DNA of 64,000 nt from Lepidodermella squamata (GCA_047495785.1 JBLDXI010000042.1:1984001-2048000), one strand, 5' to 3'. Shown: positions 10,490-23,721, numbered from the stretch's first letter. Made by a program: numbers and translations. Notes: a model not told the origin generated them from the sequence alone.

Positions 10490-11830
10490 AATCAGCCGGT
10501 GGAGCGGTCGATAGACTGTAATGTAATGTGCCCGAGTAATGAAATCTGTAGAAATTTCAATGACCTGGAATGAACTCAAGAATATCTTGAAATCCGAGAA
10601 GTCGAATATCATACCGCTATTTCATGATTTTTATGCATTTTTTAACGACCTGCGTTGAAGATGAAAATTTTTCCAAATCTCACGAGTCATATGTCATTCG
10701 AAAGCCAGTAAAGTACAGATTAAAAAATTGGGAGTGGAATTTCAAGTTTCGCGGGCGTGAACAAAATTTTGGGCAGTCAAAACCTGCCAAAATGGGCTTT
10801 CTGACGACGTTTTGCGAATTTTCAACGACCTATGTTGAAGACGAAAGTTTTTGCAAATCCGATGAATCATATATCATTGGAAAGCCTGTAGTTTGTATAT
10901 TGGTTTGAGTCGAGTGGATTTTTGATTTTCGTATGTTTTAAAAAAAATTGTACGTGATGAAAAAACCACTATTTTTATGATTTTTCGATTTTTTAACGAC
11001 TTGAAAGAAAGACGAAAATGTTTACGAATCCGTTGAGTCATATATCATTAGAAAGCAAGTAATTAGAGCTGTCATACCTTATCAGCCGGTGGAGCGGTCG
11101 ATAGGCTGTTGCGTAATATTTGTGTATGAGGATCGGCCGGTGGAGCGGTCGATAGAGTACTGGGCTGGTAAGCGCTGACACTTATGTTCAATATATCAAT
11201 AGCCACTAATACATAATTAATGATTATTAATGCGTAGCGAATGCGAGGCTAATGCATAGTTCACAGTCAGTAATGTTCTACTCTTATAATCGGCCGGTGG
11301 AACGGTCGATAGACTGTAATGTTATGTGCCCAACTAAGCAAACATGTGTAAATTTCAATGACCTGGGGTGAGTTCAAGAATATGTCGAAATCCCATGAAT
11401 CTTATATCATTCGATAGCCTGAGACATGCAGATTGTATTCAGTCGAGGGGATTTCTGGATTTCTGAAGTAATATTGATAGAATTACGTATTGAAAAACGC
11501 TATTTTTCATGTTTTTTATGGGATTTTCAGCGGCCTACGTTGTGGTTACAAATTTATCCAAATCTCACGAGTCATATATCATCCGAAAGCCAGTAAAGTA
11601 TTGATTAAAAAATTGGGAGTGGAATTTCAAGTTTTGCGGGGTGGACAAAATTTTGTGCACTCAAAACCTGACCAAAATGTGCCTTTTCACGAAGTTTTTT
11701 CAAATATTCAACGACCTATGTTGAAGACGAAAGTTTTCGCAAATCCCATAAATCACTTATCATTGGAAAGCCTGTAGTTTGTAGATTGATTTGAGTCGAG
11801 TGGATTTTTGATTTCCTGACTCAGACTGAT
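10490..11830. repeat. Degenerate ~175-180 bp subterminal repeats in two blocks, plus four copies of a 24-bp hairpin motif
   Basis: AACGACC..GAAG...ATATCATT.GAAAGC recurs at ~10641, 10821, 10994, 11527, 11707; ATCRGCCGGTGGARCGGTCGATAG at 10491, 11081, 11132, 11289. Confidence 0.75.
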
Positions 11831-12273
11831 TATCTACGTAATTAGAAAAAAGAGATATTCTGATGATTTTATGCCTGGTTTTAATGTAAAATAAATTGGT
11901 GGGTTATTGCTGGTTATTTGTTATTGCAACGCAGTTGGGTGAGAAATGGGATCGTGCATGAAACAGTGAAACTGCATTACGAGAGCTGCAAAACTATTTG
12001 TTAAGAGAACTGCTCGAAATGTGTGGAAATATATACCGGCTATAATTTACAAGGTTAATAGCCATTACCTCTTCCATATAAATTACACTGCATGAATTAA
12101 CTATTGCAGCTATAAATCACAGACTATTTTCATTGAGTGCATGTCGTGTGCGCGAGTGGTTAGTGGTAAAACCTGTCAAGAATAATTTCTATATAAACAA
12201 CCAAGTATCTAAAAGGCTATTGAACAATAAAGTGAAAAAGAGAGATTCTCTCATTCTTGTTTTATTGCATGAT

Positions 12274-12348
12274 AGTAGTAAGGGGGGGGGTCTCCAGCAA
12301 CGGTCAAAAATTCAAATATTTTCCCACGGTCGGAGAAATGAATCATAA
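12274..12348 (+). repeat. Left terminal inverted repeat of element B
   Basis: AGTAGTAAG9TCTCCAGCAACGG...GAATCATAA equals the reverse complement of 31016-31089 apart from one G. Confidence 0.97.
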
Positions 12349-12949
12349 GAATAAATATGGAAAATGATGGGGAAATAAATGTCAAGGTCATGTGTAAAGT
12401 TTTGGCGCCAAAAATTTGAAATAAATGTCAAGGTCGTTTTCCCACGGTCACGTGACAGCGGCAGGACCGATCATTATTGATTGATTATCGATTATCGATT
12501 TTCGGAACTTATATTGGAAATAACAGGATGACAAAGATGTTTTCCTACGATCAGGTGTGACTGCGACAGTACTTATCGATTATTGGAAATCACGCTGATT
12601 GGAAATAATGAAATTCAATAGGTCGTTTGATGCGATTTTCCCACGGTCAGGATCGATGCTCGCAAAATGGAAACTTCCGAAAAGTCAAAATAAAGTAAAC
12701 AAATACCACGATTCAGTAGGAAAAAAAAATAAAATAAAATCCCAAAAATAAATGTCAATTTTGCTGACTGCGTTGTCTATCGTAATAAACATCAAATCGA
12801 TTTTTGATTAATAAATAAATTACATACACACCTTGCATTGAAATTTTATTGCGCAATTAAAACACTCACTCACTCACTCACTCACTCACCCCTTGCGCCT
12901 CACAAAATGTTCAAAATCACTCCTTGCGAATTGTGTGAAAATCATCGCA

Positions 12950-13246
12950 TCAATCTAACATGGGGGCATTTAAAATGCTTCGAATCAGCCGAACACGCTC
13001 AATCACTTGCACCAGCATTAGTAAGCCTTCCGCAGTTTCGCGTTGTAAAATCATCAACGAGTCGACTTTACGCTCGAGCTGATCAATTCGGAATCCAATA
13101 TTGTCAATGGCAAGTGATAAATCGCGCAGTTGATTCCGCTGCTGCTGCTGTTGAGGATGGACAGTTACAACCGCAGGAGATGGCTGTTGTTGTTGTTGCT
13201 GCTGTTGTCCTTGAGGGCTTCGAAAACCACTGGCTCGAGAATCCAT
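12950..13246 (-). CDS. Q-rich coiled-coil protein (hypothetical)
   Basis: Poly-Q then heptad pattern LRDLSLAIDNIGFRIDQLERKVDSL; 5' structure uncertain. Confidence 0.45.
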   Translation of the reverse strand: MDSRASGFRSPQGQQQQQQQQPSPAVVTVHPQQQQQRNQLRDLSLAIDNIGFRIDQLERKVDSLMILQRETAEGLLMLVQVIERVRLIRSILNAPMLD

Positions 13247-13661
13247 CGATACTAATAATGATGATGATGATGATGATCGTGCTGAATGCTCGCAAAGTAG
13301 TAGTACTAGTACAGTATCAGAGGTTGGTAATAAATTGCGAAAATTTGCAGGAGTAATATAGGTATTGCAACTGCAAAGTGTTGTTAGTGCATGAAGTTAC
13401 TTAGATGGCGCGAAAGCACACCAATAATTTGTAATGCTCCTGCTGCTGTCAAAGTTCCATTATACACTGGCGTTAATGCACTATAAGCGCGGGTAGAGAG
13501 GAGCGGCACGTCAACACACGTCACCGCTCATCAAAACGATCACCGCTCACCAAACCCTGGGAATAAAAAAAAAACCGCCAGGTTTCGCGCGCTTTACTTT
13601 CGTGACATGTAATATATGCGATTCTTGTTATAATATTGCGAATTGCTAATAATTCGAAGAA

Positions 13662-14453
13662 ATGGAGGAAATTTTCAAACACCCTTGGAATTTTCACCAT
13701 ATTATTGACAACATTTTATCGTGTATTCATAATGATCATGAGCTCGGCCATTTGTGCACAGCTTATTTCGAAACCGGGAGGTATGTAGTTAAATATCACC
13801 TGGAGAAGCGAATAGAGTGGTACCTAAGGCCTAACGATAACCGCTTTACGGCTATAACGAGTCGGATTGTTTTCGCGAATAGACCCACAGGTGATAGCCT
13901 CACACCATATTGGGTCGAATATGCAGCTTTTAAATTCGGCGCGACGAAAAGTCTCTTCGAAATTCTTCAAAATTATCACGTGACAGATTACATCGTCTCC
14001 TTATTCATGCGTCAGTTATTATTAAATAAATGAAAAATTAATAAAATTATTATTATTATTATCATTATTTCAGACCACGAACCGGATATGAAGTGTGCCC
14101 TTGAACCATTCTGGTCTATCTACATGCGAGAAAACGATCGAGCGTCGCTCTTGCTAGTGGCAGCGGCTAATCCAAACCTGACAAGCCGCTCGCTATCTCG
14201 AATGGTAGAAGCCGGGGCTGAAATCAATTTCGTGTCGCCGAGATGGCTACTTTCACCGCTATTAGAAGCCGCAGCCACTGGCTCAACCAGTTCGGTTTTG
14301 TACCTGGTCAACATGCGTGCAAACGTATATCACGCCGATTTGCATGGTCAACGCCCCATCGACCGTGTTCATACGTGCGAGTGGGAGAAATATCGCATTT
14401 TGCGTCAGGCTGAATCGACCAAGACAACATCAAAAATAAAAAGATGGCGCTGA
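13662..14453 (+). CDS. Ankyrin-repeat protein, possible N-terminal F-box-like motif; intron 14011-14073
   Basis: Splicing joins two ORFs in frame (242 aa); VEAGAEIN, SPLLEAA..G, RANVYHADLHGQRPID. Confidence 0.75.
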
Positions 14454-14606
14454 TGGGGCGGCGGCGGCCGGTATAATTCCAGATGATGATGATGATGAAG
14501 CAGAATAATAACGGTGGTCAAGACTTGAAATTTTTTTCAGAATAAAAGGCGCGCGCGCCACCCAGTTTTAATTTTTTTCCTATTCATTTTGCAATTTTCT
14601 CAAATA

Positions 14607-15170
14607 ATGTTTGATATCGACGTTTTTATCAGAAATACTGTTGCTACTTTTAACCTGGGCGGTGTTGAACTCGAGCTGCGTAAAATAATCACGTATTTCA
14701 GAATGGCAGAAATATCACCGAGATTCAGGAATGCCGTTATCATCAAGGAAAAATACTATTCCGCCTTGATTTTCAAAACAGGCAACATTGTTGTTATAGC
14801 CAAGAAACCAGAATTGGCTCTGAAATGCGGGCGGCGGTTAGCGAGAAAACTTCAGCTGCAGAGCAACAATAACTCGATCAAATTTCAAAACTTTCGAATT
14901 CGTAATTGTACCGTTACTGGTCAACTACCAACGACTATTAGCTTCAATACAACTCTCCTGAATGAATTATCTTCAATTAGCACTCGAGTAAAGCTCGACT
15001 TGACGCGGTTTCCTGCTTTGCGAATCGAAAATATTATGGACCAGAAAGTTAGTATTAATTTGTTTTCATCAGGTCGATTTTGTATTACAGGGATAACCGA
15101 TCCTAAATCTGAAAGGCAAAATATGGCTGTGGAAAAATTTCTTGTTATCGCTTTGGCGAATTCAAAATAA
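14607..15170 (+). CDS. Divergent TATA-binding protein homologue
   Basis: IRNTVATFNLG, ALIFKTG, KFQNFRIRN, RFPAL, NLFSSGRFCITG match both TBP core repeats. Confidence 0.9.
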   Translation: MFDIDVFIRNTVATFNLGGVELELRKIITYFRMAEISPRFRNAVIIKEKYYSALIFKTGNIVVIAKKPELALKCGRRLARKLQLQSNNNSIKFQNFRIRNCTVTGQLPTTISFNTTLLNELSSISTRVKLDLTRFPALRIENIMDQKVSINLFSSGRFCITGITDPKSERQNMAVEKFLVIALANSK

Positions 15171-15788
15171 AATTTCAATTTTTTTGTGTTAAAACAAATC
15201 CACCTTAATTTTTTTATTTTTACTTCGTACTCACTCTATATATTATAATCGCGCACAGCCAATAGCATGCGAGGTGGGCGGAGCTTGTGGACACCACGCA
15301 CTCACAATTATTTTGGCAATCATAACTAGTAGTAGGAGTAGTAGTAGTAGTAGGTAGTAGCCAGAACAACCATAAAACATGAATTGAATAGACCTTAATG
15401 TATGAATGACAATCTCAATAAATATAATATAAATAGCATAATAATAATAATAATAATAATAACAACAACACGAGTAATGAAGACTTATACCTCCCTAAAT
15501 TATGGTTCCAAAATCACTGTCCTGCCATCCTGCCTGTTGCGGAAAGTGGATTTCGACATTTATATGCAGCAACCTGAAATAATGCTAGCCAAAAGTCACC
15601 ATTTTACCTAACTACCTGTCAGCCAAAGTGGAGTTTGACATATATAATTATTGATGCGGACCCGTCATCAATCGTATAATAATAAACTTGGGTGCACTTT
15701 TGGGGGCTAAACGCAGGAAATATTATCGGACTGAGGTTACACATTATAGTTTTCACATTTATAGAATAATTCTATAGAATAACTTGTT

Positions 15789-16316
15789 ATGGATCAGCAA
15801 TATAACCCTATTGCTACCTACAACGAACTGTGTGCTGCTGCTCGCGATGCACAGCGTTTAATAAATATGCTGCAAGCCTTTAAGCAAGTAATGTCCAGAG
15901 AGGTGGACATAGTAAAACGGGACCTCAAGTATCTTGAGGAACATAGGTAAGCTTTTGACGAATTTTCTGTCGGCTAATCTAATTTATTACGCGTTAGAAT
16001 GATGATACCCCACACAATGAGTCCCGCCATCGAGGTACTACTCGGCCAACAGGTCATACTGGTTGAGATGAATGAACGAAGCTGCGCCCTGAAATGGTTG
16101 CTCAACGATATGATTAGCCAGGTGGAGCCAGCTGCCCGGACACAGCACGCAGCAGCCCAGCAGGCAGCAGCAGCAGTAGCTCAGCAACAAGCAGCAGCCC
16201 AACAGGTAGCAGCGCAGCAACAGGTAGCAGCGCAGCAAGCAGCCCAACAGGCAGCAACAGCGCGAGCCGTTCTGGACGAGGTCTTGGCCGAAGCCTTGGA
16301 CGAAAATCAAGAATAG
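15789..16316 (+). CDS. Hypothetical coiled-coil, A/Q-rich protein; intron 15947-15997
   Basis: GTAAG...CTAAT...TTAG intron gives a continuous 158 aa frame. Confidence 0.65.
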
Positions 16317-17161
16317 TCGCAGCAGAAGCAGTCAGAAGCAGTCAATGTGGAAATAGAGGAGATACGTCGCCCCACGCCTTGGTGAATATTCATATCACGG
16401 TAACAAAACATATGCTTAATTTACTTACACTAATAGCTCCACCTGAAAGCTGTCACTTCACTCGGTTCGAAGTTTTTGTAAATATAGCATACAAAATATG
16501 CAATATATTTATTACATTATCTCTATCTCACTCGAGGACACACACACACCCACACTGTAATAATGAATTCGACTCGAATTTTTTGTATATAGCGATTGTT
16601 ATTATTATTATTATTATTATTATATGCATGCTGGCATGTAAATAGATATCTCTCTCTCTCTCTTTCTTTGAAAAATTTTTAAACATAGCGCTTGCTTATT
16701 ATTATTATTATTATTATTATTATTTCGAAAAATTGTAATAATAAGAATCATGTAGAATTTCGCGCTTTAACCTGGTCGAACACTTGAAGTTCCATTTTTT
16801 TTTAAATAAAATAAATCATGACTTTTGTACTCCCATCTTTGAGTTCATTTTGAGAATGGAATGCAGATTTTTTTTCAGGGCGCGTGTTCATCGAATAATA
16901 AAATTGGACTCACGGCTCGTGGATATGATTGGTGTGCGAGGGGTGCTAACCAACCAATGAGCGCAGAGATGTATAGCATTACTAGTATAGTTTCTTTTGC
17001 AGTAGTAGTCGTACACTACTTCTTAACCGGTAGTTTTCCTACACACTTAAATAGTAACAATTTCCGCGCCAAAACAGCAGCAGCAGCACCGAGTGAGTAT
17101 TTAAAAATGCAGGCCTCTCATAAAGAATAATTTACCCAATTTCATCGATATAATTCTAGTT

Positions 17162-20100
17162 ATGTTGACTGACCTCGGCTATCACTGTTATTCTTACCTA
17201 TTCGGAATTGAGGTCCATAAGTATTCCATCACGGACTTGGATGCCTTACAATCTGGATTGGGATGGGAAACCGAAGACGATGACGATGAAGGTGGTCATC
17301 AAATCGTCGCACTTCTGACCAAGATTCAGCTCAGTTTTGAGTCTGTAGCTAAGCAAATTAAGGCAACTTTTCCAGATCGGTAATTTCCATTTATTTCCAT
17401 GAAAATTTATTGCAATCTGTTAATAATAATATATTATTTATTTGAAGAGATCACGTTCGAGTTGAATGCCACCACGAAGCCCTGCACACCCCATTCTTAA
17501 CCTCTTATATTGAAGTAAAGGAATTATCCGGAGCTCTGATTCTAAACCAGGCCAACGCGGTTTTACAATCTAGGCTGTGCGCAACAATGGAAGGGGGTAA
17601 TTAATTAATTTAAAAAAATCAGAAACTTCAAATAAAATAATTATTACTATTTTTAATATAAAAAAGGTTGGACGTTTTCTGTCTTCAGAATCAAGACTAC
17701 TGCATTGGAAGAAGACGAACTAGCCCTAGGGGCTGGTCAGCCGAAGAAAAAGCGACGTTTAGAGCAGACATTGGTCGATTTTATACTGTCTCACAGATCG
17801 GTTCTGTTCATAGACAATGACGATCGCTTGTGCCTATTCAGAGCCATTGTTCACGCTCTAGCTTACCGTGATTTTAATGAGCCGAGGGCTGGTCATGAAC
17901 GTCACGGAAATTTCGAACTATTGCGTCCCTATTATTCGAAAGATCGCGATGCATTGACACCATTGGCAATCCAAGAGCGAGCAGTAGCATTCGAATACGA
18001 AGGGCAATTGGCTAAGCAGCTGATGGAGACTGCTGGTATTGATGGAAATAAAGATCGCTATGGCATCGCGGATTTTAAAAAAGCTGTTGAAACAATAGGG
18101 CTACCGTATCGTGGTAAATTCTGGTACCTGAATACTATTTCGACCCTAATTCAAGAATTTAATTTTCTCAGGGATTATTTACAACTTCAAAACGAAACAG
18201 GTTGTCGCAATTCATCCTCCGGCAACTGTTGAAATAGCTGACGAGCGAAAAATTTACATTGGTTTTATCAGTAGTCAAACTATTGCTTCACATGTCGAAG
18301 GAGGCGTAGGGTCGTTCGAAAGTGTCGGACACTACGTCGGCCTAACTGGTATTTCTAACATATCAGGCGGAAAAATCATGTGCCCATACTGCTTCATGCT
18401 CCATAAGAAAAATTCCGTAGCGCATAAATGCAGTCGAAAGTGCAATAGGTGTCAAACCGTTGGGGCAGATTGTAAAAGCAGTCGAGAGCGGGACATAATA
18501 TGTCGTGGCTCTTGCGGACTCTATTACCATGGAAAGCAGTGCTATGAAGCTCATGTCAAGGTGAACCCAACTACTGGAAAATCAATCTGCGATTCTTTCT
18601 TCATGTGCAGCAAATGTGGAAGAACGTTGCCGGCAAAAGCTCGAAAAAAGCACAAATGTATGTGGCTGCGCAATTCGAAGCTTGCTCAGTGAAATTTAAT
18701 CTTTTAGGTGAAATTCGAAACTGCCGTGTCTGTAAAGGTGATTTGCCTCCACGCGACGAGTCTGCACCGCACGAGTGCGTTATTCAACCTGGTAGGATTG
18801 GGAAAGTAAAGCCGAGGTTGCTTGCGTTGTTTGATTTCGAGACAATTCGAGGCAACGATGGCACCCTGATACCTGTAGTTGTTTGTCTCAATTTCTTTTG
18901 CGAATCTTGCAAATTCCTACCGAGCTCTGACAAATGTCCCGCAAATTGTACTAATGATGATCCACGCACTCACTCATTTGTCTCTGACGGAAGTGACAAT
19001 TCTTGCGTTAACAAGCTAATGCGGTACATTCTTCAGGAGCAGTTCAGAGGTCTCTTCCTGTTGTCTCACAATGGAGCTCGGTAATTTTAATTTCGAAAAA
19101 CACTTTAGTTTTGAGATTTATTTCCCTACTATTACTATAACAAGCTTCGATCACATGTTCATCATGGCTTGGCTGCAGAGACATGAATACCAATTTGAAA
19201 CTATCCACCACAACAATAGTGTCATGGAGATCAAAGTTGAAGGCAGCATTGTATTTCGCGACTTTTACTTGCTAACAATGACGAGTTTGGCAGCGCTTTT
19301 CAAAGCATTTGACCTACAAAATGAAGACATTACTGGGAAGCAATTTTTTCCCTACAACCTGTTGACGCCCGAAAACTGGTTGAAAGACGTAATCAACGCC
19401 CCAACACTGAATGACTATGACACGTCAAAAATGTCATCTGCGAAAATCGATGAATTGAAACTACATATCGCACGGAATTCTTCATCTAATTTCAGCCTGA
19501 AATCGGAAACTGTTGCGTACTGTCATAGCGATGTCGTATTGCTACAGCAATGTGTAGTCAAATTCCGTGAGCTGATCCGTGAAATAACAACCATACCGGG
19601 GTCTTGTGACGACGGTATCGACCCTATCGCAGGTAAACCTAATAAAAAGTCCCTTTTGAATGAACCTCCACCTTAAAAATTTCTGCTTTTGAAGAGTCGC
19701 GAACTCTTGCTTCACTATCAAATTTGATTTGGAGAACTCTTTATCTGGATAAAAATCTGCCTATACACCTGGTACCAAATACAGGTTATTCCGCGGGGTA
19801 CATTTTTATTATTTTTACTTTTGATGAACATGATGGGAATTCTGTAAACCTCTCAGACCGAATTATTCCCGCGAATCGGTGATTTGGTTCGAATTTTTAT
19901 CACGAAAAAGTAACAAGCGGATTCTGCATGCTGGAAATTCGAATGGCGAGGTCACCATCAAGTTGCCAGAAACTTCAAAATTCTATCGATTCAAACCAGA
20001 CGGGGTTGTTCTGGATGAAAATGGTCACATTCGCGAAGTATTTCAATATCATGGTGATCATTGGCACGGTTGTTTGCGATGCTATCCTGACTGCACGAAT

Positions 20101-22254
20101 AAGCTACACCCGGTCCGGAATGTCACCTTTGGTGAGTTGTATCGTGAGACACTGGCGAAAGATCAGGCGGTAATTGACGCCGGCTATCAGCTAACTGTCA
20201 CATGGGGATGCGAAGCCAAGCGAATCATGGCTGAAGACGCTGTTTTAGCAGGCGAAATCGAGCGAACACTCACTATTGTTGACAGAGCTATGCCACGGCA
20301 ATTTTACACAGGTGGACGCACCGAGGTATAATAATAATAATAACTTTTATGCAAGACCACCAAGTAACAGTCATAATGACTGTTCACAGGTTTTCAGGCT
20401 ACATTACGAGACATTACCAGGGGAGAAGATAAGGTATTTGGATGTGAATAGTCTGTACCCGGCTGTGCTGAGCTCGAAGCTTGGATCGGTGCAAGACGGA
20501 TACGAGGAAGTATTTTTTCCTTACGGCAAGCCATGCCCGAAGGTTTTGGCAATGCGAAACAATGACATTGATCTGCGAGCACACTTCTTTTCGAAAGAAG
20601 ATCCAAGCTTTGGACTTACTAGTTGCCTCGTACGAATCAAGCGTGATGTCTACCTGCCAATTCTAGGGTATAGAACGTCCAGAGGCTGCCTGAAATTCGG
20701 ATCTTGCCGTTCATGTATGGAACTGGGAGCTCAACTCGCATGTGTACACAATGACGAAGAACGATGCTTTCATGCTTACGTGACAACTTCAGAATTGAGG
20801 CTCGCGCTCGATTATGGTCTATGCGAAATCGTCCGCTTCTATGGTACTAAATTTTCCTAATTTAATTGTATCTTCCCTATGATATATCGTGGGCATCTCT
20901 TCATAGAGACATACCACTACCCGAAGAAATCCAACATGATATTTCGTTCGTTCATTTACGCTGGGCTCAAAGTGAGTAATCAGTAGCTTATTTAGCCTTT
21001 TGTTTGAACTACCTGTTCACTCTAAAGATCAAGCTCGAATCCAGCGGCTATGATGGGCCTGACATTGATGACTACATTGAGACTTGCTCAAAACTGTACG
21101 GGTTTAAGATGGATAAAGACAAGCTGAAGAACCCCAATTCAGCACTGAGATCCCTTGGGAAATTGCTGTTAAACACTGGTTGGAATTGTTTAGTTGGCTA
21201 ATAATTCTGATAACCTTCCATCTCTCTCTCTTTTTATTTTAGCTTATGGAAAACTGGGTCTTAGACCTGATGGAATTCAAGTTTCATATGTCGACACACC
21301 ATCAGAGTTGTTGAGACTACTTCGAAGACCTGGCATGAAAATTCATGACATTGCCGTATTGCCTCCGAGTGAAGACTTCGAAGATGATGGTGATGGGATG
21401 CTAACCAAAGAACGGTTACGCATCACTCATTCAACTGAATTGGAAGAGTTCCAACCCTCGTTACCTGTGTCTAACATTGTTCTAGCTGCCATGGTTACTT
21501 CTGCTGCTAGAATTTACCTCTTCAAACAGCTCCATCGGCTCCAGGCAACCTTGTTGTATACTGATACTGGTGAGAATTCCGAAACAAAGTGCCCTAAATT
21601 CAACCATGAGTCGATCTTTCATTCATGTTTTAGACTCTTGCATTTACGTGGAAAAGCCGGGATCAGCCGTGCCACTGCACACAGGCGACTGTCTGGGTAA
21701 ATATATTGAACCGTTCAGAATAAAAATGAAAAAAAATCGGAATGAATATTCTTAAACTATTATAGGTAACTGGAAAGATGAGATCGGATCGGGAGATTAC
21801 ATCACAAAGTAAGGAATGAATATAACGAATTCAAAATCCAAGGTTAAATGTACCTTTATCAGATTTATTGGTTTGGCACCGAAGACGTATCTGATACAAC
21901 AATCTAACGGAGTAAGCTCTCCTGAACTTCTGACTAAACGAACAATTCTTAATCTAATTATTGTACTAGCAAACTACAATTCGAATGAAAGGCTTCCAGC
22001 TGAAACCTGCCCTCGAGAGGCAAGTCAACTACGACAGTTTCATGCGACTTCTTCACTCTATCAATGCTGACAAGAACGCAGACGAGGCTTGTTTGAAGTT
22101 GGAACAGCAGGTTTGGCGCCGATTTCAGTGCCATCCCTATGCAAAGGTTGCAATTCAAGATGTGATAAAAACACTCCGATTCAAGTTTATGAAACGCTTC
22201 ATTTCAGATTATGAAACATTCGAAACTGTACCCTTTGGTTATATTAAGGGCTAA
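17162..22254 (+). CDS. polB: Protein-primed family B DNA polymerase, 16 exons, 1389 aa
   Basis: Introns 17380-17447, 17597-17666, 18114-18171, 18658-18707, 19081-19144, 19633-19694, 19798-19856, 20326-20389, 20844-20906, 20972-21027, 21179-21242, 21570-21633, 21697-21765, 21809-21862, 21912-21969. Spliced protein has FDFET, HNGARFD, GGRTEV, YLDVNSLYP, KLLLNTAYGK, YTDTDS, APKTY, TVPFGY. A possible extra in-frame upstream intron at 17093-17159. Confidence 0.93.
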
Positions 22255-22271
22255 CGGACTGAATTGTGAGC

Positions 22272-23433
22272 ATGGCGATGTACAATAATAATAATAATAT
22301 CGCCATGCTTTCTGACGAGGACTATGTAACTCTTGATGAGCTTTTACATCCATTATATTATACTGCTAACTTGCCCAGTTCATTTCGATCTATTAAAATT
22401 CTGTACGAAGCTGCAAAGGCCAGGTATCCAAATAATCGGGTCATTACCTATAAAACAGTTCGAGAATGGCTATCGGCTCAACCGGCTTATAGCCTTTTCC
22501 GGCAAGCTTCTACGCGCAATCGTAAGCTTTATAGGCGAGTTGCGGTACATGCTAAGGGTTCCACCTTTGCTGGGGACCTAATGGAAATTACGAAGGAATA
22601 TCAATTTTTCAACGCGAGAAAGAAGTATGTCCTATGCATAAAGGACCTTTTTACCCGCAAAACTTGGTTGAGGGTGTTGAAAAATAAAACAGCTGCTATA
22701 GTGCTTGGTGCGATTAAAGGTATCATGTCCGAAATCGACTTGATCCCTAATCAGGTAATTACTGACAAAGGTAAGAGAAAACATCTGTCTGCCGCAGTGT
22801 CTTAATCTCCATTTAAAATCTCTGATCTAATTAGGATCCGAGTTTCGCGATAAGAAAGTTCAAAAGTACTTTTCTGATCTCGGCGCCAGGTTTTACCTCA
22901 CTAATTCTCCCAAGAAGGTGGGTGCAATCGAGACATTTATCAAGAACCTTCGAATGCGATTGGTTCGATATATGATGGCTAATAACACTAAAAATTTCAT
23001 CGATAAACTTGACGACATTTTGGATGCAATTAATAGCTGCCCAAATTCAACAACCGGCTTTAGCCCTGATGAGTTATGGAACCTTAACCCTGAATTGAAT
23101 GTGGCGCTTTCGCAACCCGGTTTCATGACTGTTTATGAGGATCACCCAGACAATTTAGTCGCTCATCGAAACGCTTTCAAGACGATTCGCCAAATACGAG
23201 TGAAATTCAATTTGGGAGATCGCGTTCGGATCTTGCAACAGCGGAAAATTTTCAAAAACCGAATTAAACACCCGACTTTTAGCGACAGAATCTACCATGT
23301 GACTGAAATTCTTCCTCAAAATGATCACTCGACGGTGGCTTACCGCGTATCATCTGACCCCAACGATAAATCCGGGCAACTGAAGCGTGTTTTCTACACG
23401 CATGAGCTCCAGAAGTTATATAAAGAGAAGTGA
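22272..23433 (+). CDS. Retroviral-type integrase (no chromodomain seen); intron 22771-22834
   Basis: GDL, spliced TDKGSEF, AIETF as the DDE triad; 365 aa. Confidence 0.92.
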
Positions 23434-23448
23434 TTTCGCACGCACCTT

Positions 23449-23721
23449 ATGGTAATGTCATCCATTTCAAATCCCGAACTTGCGTCAACTGATCGTCGAT
23501 CTCAGCAACTTCGACCTTTTCTCCTTGCAACGAGAACCGCAACTGCTTTTCAACCACCGAGTTTATCAAGCGTACCTAGATCCTCTTCATCATTAGCATC
23601 GCGATCAAAGCAAGTACTCGCCCTGGCTCTTACTCTGGTTTTACTGCTTTTGACCTTGGTTGTCCACCATCTACTATATCCAACCGTACCTACTCTACCT
23701 AATAATGCTGTCAGTCAATAG
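23449..23721 (+). CDS. Small putative membrane protein
   Basis: Hydrophobic stretch VLALALTLVLLLLTLVV; fills the integrase-penton gap. Confidence 0.35.
   Translation: MVMSSISNPELASTDRRSQQLRPFLLATRTATAFQPPSLSSVPRSSSSLASRSKQVLALALTLVLLLLTLVVHHLLYPTVPTLPNNAVSQ

Larger units (their letters stand above)
1..11830. mobile_element. Polinton/Maverick element A (intronless, EndoVII-pPolB family); left part outside the window, right end not defined
   Basis: MCP, penton, packaging ATPase, PLA2-integrase and pPolB in the same order as element C, followed by subterminal repeats; no terminus confirmed. Confidence 0.9.

Noticed and set aside
10624-11777. 94-95 aa ORFs right of element A
   Set aside because: They lie in degenerate non-coding repeats and the frames are not conserved between units
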